DNA of 64,000 nucleotides, taken from the human T2T-CHM13v2.0 reference genome, Homo sapiens. Position 1 is the stretch's first letter; each line of letters opens with the position of its first letter. The translations under genes were made by a program, and so were the position numbers. Under the pieces are notes generated by a model. The model was not told the DNA's origin, ran no database searches, and was given only the letters and a program-made list of their open reading frames with translations. Shown in pieces: positions 14,764-27,670 of this stretch. The stretch lies in the NCBI RefSeq assembly GCF_009914755.1, contig NC_060947.1. One strand, given 5' to 3'.

Positions 14764-16173
14764 TGCTGAGGCTTGAGGAGGTAAACAAAGAGGCCAGGAA
14801 GCTCGAACTGGGTGGAGCCCACCACAGCTCAAGGAGGCCTGCCTGCCTCTATAGACTCCAACTCTGGGGGCAGGGCATAGCCGAACAAAAGGCAGCAGAA
14901 ACCTCTGCAGACTTAAATGTCCCTGTCTGACAGCTTTGAAGAGAGTAGTGGTTCTCCCAGCATGGACTTTGAGATCTGAGAACGGACAGACTGCCTCCTC
15001 AAGTGGGTCCCTGACCCCCAAGTAACCTAACTGGGAGGCACCCCCCAGTAGGGGCAGACTGACACCTCACACAGCTGGGTACCCCTATGAGATGAAATTT
15101 CCAGAGGAACGATCAGGCAGCAACACTTGCTGTTCAGCAATATTCGCTGTTTTGCAGCCTCCACTGCTGATACCCAGGCAAACAGGGTCAGGAGTGGACC
15201 TCCAGCAAACTCCAACAGACCTGCAGCTGAGGGTCCTGACTGTTAGAAGGAAACCTAACAAGCAGAAAGGACATCCACACCAAAACCCCATCTGTACATC
15301 ACCATTATCAAAGGCCAAAAGTAGATAAAACCACAAAGATGGGGAAAAAAACAGAGCAGAAAAGCTGCAGGCTAATCTTATCTAGGTACATAAACACTCA
15401 CACACACATGCACACACACACACATACACACACATGCTCCTCCTGCATTCCTGACTCCAGTCAATATTCCTTTTCTTACCTCTGTGTCTGTCTTGTGTCT
15501 TCATACATAATCTTCTCTATTGTTAGGACATCATTCAGACCATGTGATCCTGTTTCAGTGTCTCCCCACCGAAGTCAATTTCATGATTACTTTTATTAAG
15601 ATCTTATGTCTGTAGACAAGGACACTCGTTTTCCAGTTGTCTTCCACTAAAGAACTTACTTCAATATCCTAGAGAAATGAGTCATTAATGCCTTCAAATT
15701 CTGAGAAATCCCCATACTTATTTATTCTGACTTCTGAGGGGCCAATACCATGCCTTATGGCTCAGAGTTAACTGGTTTCTGAGGTTGTCCACTGAAGCCT
15801 TGGACTTCATGCAGCAGCATTCAATGTTTAGTTCTCTTCAGCAAGAGACAGACCTACTTTTCCACATTTGGTTATGTGACCTTGCACTTCAAGGAGGATA
15901 TATCCTTATCTACACAATGGACACCATATCATCAAACTCAAATTCTGGTAAGACTTAAAGGATTACTTACTGGAGTGCCTAATGCCTCAGGCATCATAGA
16001 ATTGATACTCAACATATATTTGTGGAAGAGGAGGATGAAATAGGAAAGGAAGAAGGGTACAAAAAATCACAGCAGAAAGAGACTATAAAAGTAACTTTTT
16101 GATGGTGTTTATCTGGTGATAGCCTTCATCTATATCACACATAATCTTAGCTGTTGCTTAAGATGAAAAAGTG

Positions 16174-16205
16174 GTGCTTGCTTTGGCTGCACATATACTA
16201 ACATT
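16174..16205 (+). pseudogene. 3'-truncated U6 snRNA retrocopy (U6 nt 1-32)
   Basis: gtgcttgctttggctgcacatatactaacatt versus U6 GTGCTCGCTTCGGCAGCACATATACTAAAATT: 28/32 match, two mismatches are CpG decay. Flanked by direct repeat ttaagatgaaaaag. Confidence 0.88.
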
Positions 16206-16659
16206 AAGATGAAAAAGGATAATTGCAAAATAAAAGCCACTGGTTAGGGCTTCTATTGCTTATTGGTAATGGCTACTTCCAGGGAAATAAACTTTCCTCA
16301 GAGAAATTATGTGAGTTTCTTCATACTGTAATCACACCCATTGGTATTAGTTGTCACACAGAAATAAACAGAAACAATGTTTGATCTATTTGGATTTTTA
16401 ACACCAGTTAGACTTCTGAAAACATCCTGACTTCAAATCCATAGTTTTTAGAAATACAGGGAATTCAAGAGAGCTTAATATATCATTGTGCCTGTGTAGC
16501 CTAAAGCTATGAATGCTATATTCCATAAATACTGTAATAATCAACTGTATTACAACATCACATAGGTTTAATAAAGGCTTTGGAGAATTTGACTGTAGGA
16601 ACGTGTGATTTAACAAATATCAAGGGAATTATTTTTCATTTCTGAGAGTCTGCATGAAT

Positions 16660-16830
16660 GAGCAAGGCCTTTGGGGCTAGGCAAAAATGAGTTCATATCC
16701 CAGTACTGCCTTGTTCTTATCCTGCAGCTATAGGTGAGTTGCCACATAGAATCTCTGTTTCTTTACTTTAAACATAAAATAGAAATACCCATTTCACTCG
16801 AAGTTTTGAATATTAAGTGAGATATGAATG
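16660..16830 (+). mobile_element. MIR remnant
   Basis: 'gagttcatatcccagtactgcc...tctctgtttctttactttaaacataaaatagaaatacc...attaagtgagata' follows the MIR core. Confidence 0.6.
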
Positions 16831-18084
16831 ATTGTACATGTCTTGGTTGTGAATTAATTTTGCCTCTTCTCTCTTCATCATTTGGGAATGAGTGAAGTTG
16901 TGTTAAACGTGAAAGATCTCTTTGCTTTTCATTTCCAATGTGAAAAAAGGAAACTTAAGAAAACATTAGGCAAAACTTGATTAATTTCTTTAATTCTAAT
17001 GTTTAGACCCAATATATGTGATGAAAGAAATACAGAATTGAATTGGAATATGCTACCAATAAACATCTTTTACTTGTCCATTCAGTTGTATCTTAAGTAA
17101 AATAAGACTAGACTACACAGAAAATACTGAGAAATGAAATTGCCCCCAGGGACCATAGAAAAGTCAACTATTAGTCTTTGTAACATAAATTTTGAGCTCA
17201 ATGGGAACTGAAGAAAGTGTACCTCATTGAACATCAGAAGATAAACAATATCGGAAATATGCTTCTTGCTAACACTCAAAAACATATTTTCAGGCAGTAG
17301 ACTAGCGATTAAAAACTTAGTCACAGTCGTATGCTATTGTAATCTAAAAAGTGACCATTATTACTTTATCATTTTCAAATTCTTCCTGACAGTGGAGTTG
17401 AGTAAGGAGGAAAATAACCATATGCTGTTAATATCACAAGTTATAAATACTTACCAATTCTTGCATGCTATCGAAATATAGAAATTAAAATCACCCTTGT
17501 TCAGGATAAATGTGACCTAAATATATATAGAAACACATGTCCATTCTACAGCACCAGAGACACACTATGCAACCTGACTTCTTTCAATCCTAAAACAGAT
17601 TCTTAACCAGCGAAGATAAAGAGTTAGGTCATTTAATATTATGAAAATGGTTGCATTTCTATTGACTTTCAGGAGCCAGTCCCCATGTATACATGGAAGT
17701 CGAAGAGTTCCTTATGAGAACATAATATGTACATCAAAGGCAGCAGTGATATGTTTCTTTTCTTGATAAACACTGAAAGAATGAGCCCTAATTCTTGTAT
17801 AATTTATAAGTTTGATATGTGAGGGTCAGAGTGAACATTATTTTAGGTAGGAGGACAGACGGGCAAATATGGGAAGGTAGCATAACAACTGCCTAAGCCC
17901 CAGAAGAAAAAATAATAATAATACAGTTATTTACTAGCCCCAAAATTTATAATGTAGGTGTTGTCCCTTGTGGTCTCTAGCTTGCAAACTGCTTAAATAT
18001 TTGTTAAAAATAATTCTGACCCCATAATATCTCAAATCTTTTCTCATTTGAGTGGTTGACAGCTACATGTGATTCTTTTAAAAC

Positions 18085-19710
18085 ATTTTTTTATTGTGAT
18101 AAGAGCACTTAACATGATATCTATCCTGCTGACAAAAATTTAATTGCACAATACAGTATTGTCAACTATAGGCAAAATGTTATACAGCAGATCTCTACAA
18201 CTTTTGCATCTTTATATCAATGGAAGAGTAATTCCCCATTTCCACCTACCCCCACCTCCTGGAAACCACCATTCAACTGTGTTTCTATGTGTTTGACTAT
18301 TTTTCATACCTTATATAAGTGAAGTCATGCAGTATTAGTTTTTCTATGACTGGCTTATTTCAGTTTTCACAATGTCTTCCAGTTTCATCCATGTTTTAGC
18401 AGACGACAGTATCTCCTTGTTTTCTAAGCCTGAATAATATTTAATAGTATATTCATATCACATTTTCTTTGTCCATTAATCTGTTAACAGATATTTTGGT
18501 TGTTACCATATTGTGGCTGTTGCAAATAGTGCTGCAATGAACATGGAAGTGCATATATCTCTTCAAGATTATGTTTTAAATGTGTTTGGATATCTACCCA
18601 GAAATGGAATTACTGGATCATATGCTAATTCTACTTTTAATTTTTTGAGGAACTACCATGCTATTTTCCATATAGGAGTTCCTTCTATATTTTGCACCAT
18701 TTTACCTTTCTGCAAATAGTATATAAGCCTTCCAATTTTTTCACAGCCTCATCAACACTTATGTTTGTTGTCTTTTCATAAATGGTAGCCATCGTAACAG
18801 GTGTAAGGTAACATCTCCTTGTGTTTTTCATTGGCATTTCCCTGATGGTTAATGATGCTAAACATCTTTTCATATACCTATTGGTCATACGTATGTCTTG
18901 TTTGGAGAAATACGTGTTCAAGCCCTTTGCCCATTTTAAAATCAGTTTTTTATTTTTGTTCCCATTGAGTTGTAGGAGTTCCTTCTTCTTTTTTTTTTTC
19001 TTTTTATTTTTGAGACGGAGTCTTGATCTGTTTCCCAGGCTGGAGTGCAGTGGCGAGATCTCAGCTCACCACAACCTCCGCCTCCCGGGTTCAAGCGAAT
19101 CTCCTTAGCCTCCCAAGTAGCTGGGACTACAGGCACGCGCCACCATGCCCGGCTAATTTCTGTATTTTTATTAGAGATGGGGTTTCACCATGTTGGCCAG
19201 GCTGGTCTCAAACTCCTGACCTCGTGATCTGCCTGCCTTGGTCTCCCAAAGTGCTGGGATTACAGACGTGAGTCACCGCGCCTGGCCGAGTTTTAGTTCC
19301 TTCTATATTTTGAATATTAATCCTTTCTCTGATATACAATTTGCAAATATATTCTCCCATTCTGTAAGTTGCCTTTTCACTCTGTTGATTGTTTACTTTG
19401 GCATGCAGAAGTATTTCAGTTTGATGTAGTCCAACTTGTCTATTTTTGGTTTTGTTGCTTGTGCTTTTGGTATCATATCCAAAAAATCATTACCAAGCCC
19501 AAGGCCGTGATACTCTTCACCGATGATTTCTTCTAGGAGTTTTACAGTTCCAGGTCTTACGCTGAAACCTTTAAACAACTTTAAGCTAATTTTTGTGTAT
19601 GGTCTAAGAAAAGGGCTCAATTTAATTCTTCTGCATGCAGGTATCCAGATTGCTCTTCCTTGTTGAACAGACCATCCTTTCCCTATTGTGTATTCTTGGC
19701 ATCCTTCTTG
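18085..19710 (-). mobile_element. LINE-1 3' portion, L1MA9-like, interrupted by an Alu
   Basis: 'tttattgtgataagagcacttaacatgatatctatcct...caatacagtattgtcaactataggc'. Minus peptides [20 protein letters not shown] and [14 protein letters not shown]. Confidence 0.85.
18983..19287 (-). mobile_element. AluS (Sg-like)
   Basis: Full reverse dimer from poly-T to 'cgcctggcc', with 'ctcctgacctcgtgatc'. Confidence 0.93.
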
Positions 19711-19776
19711 ACTTATACCTTAGCTACCAGATTTTCTTTCTGTAGCCTGGGGGAAGTAACTATCTTCTAAAAATCA

Positions 19777-20128
<352 letters not shown>

Positions 20129-22410
20129 AAAAATCATTCAATTGTACTATACATTGCATATCTGCAATCTTTCTTCATTCCATTTTTTAAAAGAAAATTC
20201 AACATTGTGAACTGTCAATTTTTTCACAATCTATTAATTCAGATTATCAGTATATACATTTAGTGGATCTGTATCCACTGGTCTAAAGTAACTCTAATAA
20301 AATCTACTATGAAGTACACTATTACTAGTGAGCCTCCAAGAGAAAAAACTCTGTAATGGAAACACGTAGACAAAATCTAAGGTTTCTTTTTTGTTGCTGT
20401 TAGAGATACAAGACAAATACTGTTAAAATTAAATATCAATTCAGGACAATAATATTTAAAAAGTCTAAAAGCCTTATGAATATATAAGCTACTTTTATAA
20501 GGTTTTGTAAGCTACGTTTTGAAGGTTAGTCCCTCTTTCTCAGGCTAATTTTGGGATTTATTGATTCTTAAAGCTATTCATATTTTGAAACTGCACTACC
20601 GACTAACACTTTCACCAGAAATAATATAAATGAAATTCCAGTGACTAGCTAGAAAAGAAAAAAAAAGTGACAGCACAAAAGAGAAGAGAAAATGTATTAT
20701 ATTTGTCTTCTAGACTTGGAGCAGAAGAGTTTAAGTTTAATATGCCTCATATAACTGTTTTTTGCATAATGTCTCCCCTATGGCTCATTTTCTTAGTTAA
20801 TGATCAACATCAGCAACATGTCTTTTTAATGTGAATGTGAAATTTGTGTTCTACAACATGGTGATGGCAGAAGATGGCAGCAAGCTTTTCAATTATTTAT
20901 TTATTTTCACTTACTTTTTAAAGTAAAGTCAGCTTGCCAATACTTTACAAAATTTATTATTCAGAACAAGAATCTTATTGATTTAGTCTTTGGTAAGAAA
21001 AGGAAAAAAATAGTAAAGTTCATGAGACTCCATTAACTAATAAACTGTAGTTCAATACTATACAAAAATACACCAAATATTTACATGTAATGAGGCTTGC
21101 AAACACTTAGCCCTGTGAGCTAAATCGATTAAAATATATACATTTGTAAACCCAATAACCACTACATTGAAAATATTTCAAATGTTTCTGAGAATTAGTT
21201 GTCAGTCTCTTTGGGGAAAAAGGGTTCCTGGTAAAAACAAATGCTTTCATATAATTTGGACAGAAAACAAGCAACAACCAATAGAGCTCACTGTTGATTT
21301 GATTATAATACATTTTATAAAAACATAATTTTATACATTTATTTATTTTTAGACCCTGTCAGCAGTTATTCTCCATACAGACAGATCTTGATTGAGTCCT
21401 CTTCTCCTTGGTAGTAGTAAGGAGGAAAGCTGAAGTAAACTTAGTCCACGCTTTCAGGAGTGATTGTCCTTCAATTCCCTTCATTTAAATCATCCCAGTC
21501 ACCTGGGAAAAAGACAACCAGGCTTCCAAATTATCACTAATGCAAATATATAGAAAATTCATTTTGAAATTCTGAAGGAGGAAATGGAGTGGGACAGTAA
21601 GCAAATAATACTCTCTTTCTCTTGTATTCTGAATGTAATTCTTATATTTATTTAACACAAAAAATCAGAAAGTTCTAGAACCATACCACATTAAATTTAA
21701 CAAAATTCTGTTGTAAAAAATATATACCCAATGCAATATATTCTACAGTGAATTTCTTGCATCCCTTAAACTATTCTGTGCCTTGATATGCTCCCTAAAT
21801 TATATTTAGTAAATAAGTCTAAGAAATTATTAGCATGAAACTGGTGCTTACAGTTTCTCAGTTCCCATGAGTTATTTAATGCTACTTGTAATCATATATT
21901 TAAGAAATATGTTTAGTATTTGTCAAACACAGTTTTTCCTAAGTTTTAATTTTCCTAAACTTATTTCACCTCACAACAGACTTTTTTTCAAGTAATAGCT
22001 ACTAAACTTTCACAGACCAAGTGAAACATCCTTGGGAAAACATTCAACTAAGATAAATTTATCTGTATTTAAAATTTAGTTTAAGCAAGTAATATAAATT
22101 AATATTCTGAAATAACATATTACATTTATTTATTATAAATAAAAATTATAATAGTATTTCTGGAATTTAAATCATTAGTATATTAAATAATGCAATGGAT
22201 CAAGGCAAAGGGTAAAGGAATCCAAAATTTTTTACCAAATGTTGAGCGAAAGGAAACGTAATGAAAGATATTATAGTTAATTAAAAAATTTGGTGATTAA
22301 GTCCAACTCAAAAAACCCATAAAATCAAAGAATATAAGAAACCAAGAAGACATCATCAAAGAGACACTAATTTCTTAAATCTCAGAGCTGAAAAAATAGC
22401 CAATTTTTCA

Positions 22411-22873
<463 letters not shown>

Positions 22874-23399
22874 CTAGAAAGGAATACTCATTCATATGGC
22901 CCATTCTGTGAAATAAAACTAATATGCAAATTTATCCATATTTTTATAATTCTATATAAATTAACAAAATGACTTTTTAATGAAGTAATGATATGAGATA
23001 TTTTAGATAGCCATAGGAAAACATGACTTCTAAGAAGAAAGGAAAGCTCCAAAGTAATAAAAATAAGTACATTAGACTTTGAAAGTCAAGACATTTTCTT
23101 TTAAGCAGTTGGCAATTAGTGCAGTTGCAATCTTTGATTTTCCTTTGAATAATATCAGGTAAATTTTTATTTCTCTTATAGTGCTTACAAAGATACCTAG
23201 GAAAAAGCTTTTTTATAAAAATTTGAATTCTAGACAAATTCAGCTTGCACTATTCTTTAACCATATCAGTTTCTCATCACATAATAATTCCTTCTTTACA
23301 TGTGCATTCATTTTTGAATAAAAGGTTTCTTATTTCCCCTGTTAGGCGCAGGTGAACGATGTTTTCTACCATTTCTAGCAGGTATATTTTGGTTCTTCC

Positions 23400-23600
23400 T
23401 GGTAAATGAGCCATGATCAATGCCTCTATTGCCTTTGGTTCATCCCCTGTAAAATAGACACGATATATATTTCTCTTAGGTTTCTCATTAAAACAAAGAA
23501 ATGGATTATGTGTAAATCAAGATAATCTATATAACGTGATTTTGTATAGTGTCTGGCACCAGCTAAGCATCCAGAAAAATGTTGTTATTTTATTTAGTAT
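23400..23600 (+). mobile_element. MIR remnant
   Basis: 'catcccctgtaaaatag...gtatagtgtctggcaccagctaagcatccagaaaaatgttgttatt'. Confidence 0.6.
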
Positions 23601-24199
23601 TACTCCAATATGAAAATAAAAATATTCGATTTTCAATGTCCAAATATAGGAGAAGCAAAAATCATACAGATCTATTTACATGTCACAAATATTTTCTTTG
23701 TTGATTATAAGAATCTATGTTAAAGTGCAAAGATATTTAGTAGATTTCATAATCTAAAGTTAGTAAGACAAAATTTGATCTGGATATATTTTTAACTTTC
23801 TAACTTGGAAAAATTCCACGGAATGTATGCTAAATTCAAGAGCCAATGCTTCAACATTTCTCTTTAACAATACTCCAACTAGCAAACTCATATGAGTACT
23901 CTCTTTTCTAAAATTGGTGAGGATTAGAAAAAAACTTCTATATTCTAAATAATCCCGGAGTAAAACACACATTGAACCTCCTAAAGTTCAACTGGGCATC
24001 TTCAAATTTTTTCACGTGATTGTTCATTAAAAGAGTTTCTGTACTTAACAGCCACTTCCTTTTTTCACTTTTCAAAGTGGAATATTATACAAGGGACTCA
24101 TATCTAATTCTTAGAACTTAACAATAAGAAAACAAAGAGCATAAAACAAAAACAATGCACAATGTACAGTAGTTTAACATGTACAGCGATATATAGCTA

Positions 24200-25855
24200 A
24201 AGAAATAATTACAGAAGTGTGTACATAGTGGTTAGTATATTTGCTTATATTTTATAGCTGTTTGCTGAGAAACTAGAAAAAATGGCACACAAGTATCAAC
24301 AAGTACATCCAGTACCCAGATCTTGGTTTCTAAATACCATTCTCCAAAATAACAAAAGCAAAACAAAACAGAGACATCCTTGGAGAAATGAGTAATTCTA
24401 GGCCTGGGGCAGTGAAAACACAAGATGAGCCTGGAGTATTATGTAATGCCAGAAAATACGGAAGTGCTCAGAAAACAAAAGAATAAAAGCAGATCAGAAG
24501 GTCACAGTAGCCAGACCGGAAGAACACTCAATGGCCAAAGTTAAAACAATTTAAGCAACAAAATAAGTTAAAATTTAAAAATTATAACCCAATATAAAAT
24601 AAAATTTCATGAGTCCATACTGATATAAATAATTGTACAAATAAATGAAGAAAAAGGTACAAGTGTTTCTTACAAATAATTTCAAAAAATATACGTAGAT
24701 CCCCCTCCCTCCAGGAGGTGGAATTTAAGTGACCTCCCTGGAGTGTGGGCTGGATTCTAAAAAATAGTATATGGAAATGAAATAACACTAACGTTTTGGT
24801 GGAGAAACCTGACAGACCTCTCCTTAACCAAATGATCAATTTTAATATCAGCAGTGAGAAGTCAAGCTGTGATATGGTTTGGCTGTGTCCCCAACCAAAT
24901 CTCATCTTGAATTGTAGCTCCCATAATTCCTATGTGTCATGGGAGGGACCCGGTGGGAGGTAACCAAATCATGGGGTTGGATGTTTCCCATGCTGTTCTC
25001 ATGATAGTGAGTAAGTCTCATGAGAGCTTATGGTTTCATAAAGGGGAGTTCCCCTACACGAGCCCTCTCTTTGCCTGCCACCCCTGCCACCATGTAAGAC
25101 GTGACTTTCCTCATTTGCCTTCCCTCATGATTTTGAGGCCACCCGACAAGATCTGATGGTTTTATAAGTGTTTGGAAGTTCCTTCTTCATTCTTCTGTCT
25201 CCTGCTGCCTTGTGAAAAAGGTGCTTGCTTCCCCTTCACCTTCTGCCATGATTGTAAGTTTTCTGAGGCCTCCCCAGCCATGTGGAACTGTGAGTCAGTT
25301 AAACCTCTTTCCTTTATAAATTACCCAGTCTCTAATCTGTCCTTATTAGCAGCGTGATAAGAGAGGAATACATGCTGGTATCATGTACTCCTCTGATAAG
25401 ATGTGAGGAGAAAGACACTTTACTTCTATAGTATTCTTCTCCAAAATCTAGAATCCTAGCCTAATGATGAGAAAACATCTAACAAACCTAAGTCCAAGGA
25501 TAGTCTACAAAATTCCGAACTGCATCTCAAAACCATAAAGGTCATGGGAAACAAGTAAAGGGTGAGAACCTGTCATAGACTTTAGATTAAAGAGACATGA
25601 TAACTAAATTCAATGTGGTAGGCTGGGTTAAATCCTGGCACCAAAAAAGGACATGGGTGTAAAAAAATCTACAAATCTGAATAAAGTCTGAAATTTAGTT
25701 AACAGTAATATATCAATGTTAATTTTTTAGTTTAAATGCATGTACAATGTAAAATATTAATTTTAGGGGAAGCTGAGTGAAATGTACATGAAAAATGCTC
25801 TGTACAATCTTTACAACTGCTTCATAAATCTAAAATCATTCTGAAATAAAAGGTT
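24200..25855 (+). mobile_element. Old LINE-1 3'UTR (L1MC/L1MD-like), split by a THE1 LTR
   Basis: 'cagtacccagatcttggtttctaaataccattctcc...acaagatgagcctggag'. End 'ctctgtacaatctttacaactgcttcataaatctaaaatcattctgaaataaaaggtt'. Confidence 0.75.
24870..25372 (+). mobile_element. THE1 (ERVL-MaLR) solo LTR, chimeric and over-long
   Basis: Starts 'tgatatggtttggctgtgtcccc' and ends 'ataaattacccagtctc...ttattagcagcgtga...aataca'. Flanks agctg/tgctg fit a 5-bp TSD with one mismatch. Confidence 0.92.
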
Positions 25856-27432
25856 TCCATGTTAAACTATATATTGCATTATGATGAATTATCAACAAAT
25901 CAATATTAATTATATAAGAAAGAAAGCTGTAGCTTCTTTAAAGTGCATTCTTGTGGCCTCCCTCCCCATATATAGTAAATCATAATTTTTTGAAGTGGAG
26001 CCAGTCATCTACATTGTACATTATCTTTAAATTGTACACACCAATATATGAGAATTACTTTTCTAGAGCCTTGTGCCTTTTATAGGCCCTCAGAAGACTT
26101 TCACAGTAGTAACCAAATTTGGAGAAAATTAAGTTTCAGCATGTGCTAGATGGAAATGGAAAAATCAGATATTGGAGCCTGTGGACAAAATAATTATCTT
26201 AGATAACATGTACATAATTGGTGGGCCCACAGGATAACGAAGTCATGATAGAAGAGTAAGAAGAGACAAACCTTGGGGAGTAGCCAAATGGTAGTAAAAA
26301 AACTAGGAGTGAAAGCAACTTACTTATGCAAACAGCCCTTCTTGGGTTGAAGAAAACTGACATCACTGTAGAGTGCAGAGAAGTTACAACTTGTATTTAA
26401 ACAGTGTTGACAATGTATTTAAACAGTGTTTCCTTTGGAAGAAAAAAGAATCAATAACAGTCAATAATGAAAATTTCTTATAATTTTACTTAAATATTCA
26501 CTAAGATAAAATGAGTTATAAAAATGTGTATGCTTAAAGGTATGTTCTTATACCTATAAAATGAACAATTTACAAATATTACAAATAAAACTGTAAAACT
26601 AAAAATTAAGAAATTTCAACTGTATTTCACATTATGTTTTTGTCTTAAACACAATCACTTCTCACTTGAGAATAGATCTAGTTTCTGTGGTGCAAGTTTT
26701 CTTTTGAATGTGCCATGCCTATATACCCCGATATACTTGGAGTATCTTCATTCTTGAGCACTCTTTCTTACTGAAATGTTTGACACACCTTATTTTATAT
26801 AATTATTCATAATGTAATTTTTCCTTCAGGAAATAAAAACCACCTTTTAAATATTCACCATTCGTGTTCTTTTCTATGAAGTTGTGAAAAGTAAAGTAGT
26901 ACTTTATTCTGGTGAAGTTTGGTTTTTTTTCATGAATTACCGTAAAGAGTCTCAAGAACTTCAGCAGCTGAAGGTGCTGAAGCTTCTTTCTGGTAATTTA
27001 TTTTTTCATTTCCTAATCATTACTTTGCAGCTAGTAAAATAAGTCAACATGACTATAAGGGTGAACATGACACAACTTCATTTTTACACTAAGAAATGCC
27101 ATAAAGAGCAGAAATCTCACTTAACAGGATTGAAAACACACATCCAAATAAGAACATTGAATTTTTCTGGCTGTATTGAACCATAAAGAGATCAAGATAA
27201 TCCTGAAAATGCTTAGAGTAATTTTTCATTTATATGTAACACAAGAAAAGATCTATAGGATTATCAAATATAAAGAGGATACTGAATTAGAATGGCATGA
27301 ACACACCATATATTCAGTAATTATTTTCTTTAGGAAATAGTATGTTAGTCTGCCAGTCTTCGTGCTAAATGTTGAATGATTGCAACAGACATTGACTTTA
27401 ATCTCTGGGCCCAAGTTCATGTTGTTTGCGAA

Positions 27433-27434
<2 letters not shown>

Positions 27435-27470
<36 letters not shown>

Positions 27471-27475
27471 TCTAT

Positions 27476-27508
<33 letters not shown>

Positions 27509-27670
27509 ATATAGAGAATATAATTATATATATTATATAATTATATGATATATATTATGTATATATTACAATTATGTATTATTTATATATAGAATATAAT
27601 ATATAGAAAATATATGTCTATTCTTTCTCTCTCTCTATATATATATTTTACTGGACCTATATATATATAA
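27435..27670. repeat. (TG)~17 and (TA)n microsatellite with an AT-rich low-complexity tract
   Basis: Directly visible. Confidence 0.95.

Larger units (their letters stand above)
14311..15367 (+). mobile_element. L1PA4-6-like complete 5'UTR plus the first ~10 codons of ORF1; 3'-truncated
   Basis: Starts 'ggaggggttccaagatggccgaataggaacagctccagtctacagctcccagc'. About 1.03 kb UTR. Ends 'gataaaaccacaaagATGgggaaaaaaacagagcagaaaagctg' (ATG at 15339), then L1 similarity stops. Confidence 0.95.

Noticed and set aside
26392-26430. 17-bp direct repeat tgtatttaaacagtgtt with a 5-nt spacer
   Set aside because: Only two copies, consistent with a simple slippage duplication. Not an array and not CRISPR-like.
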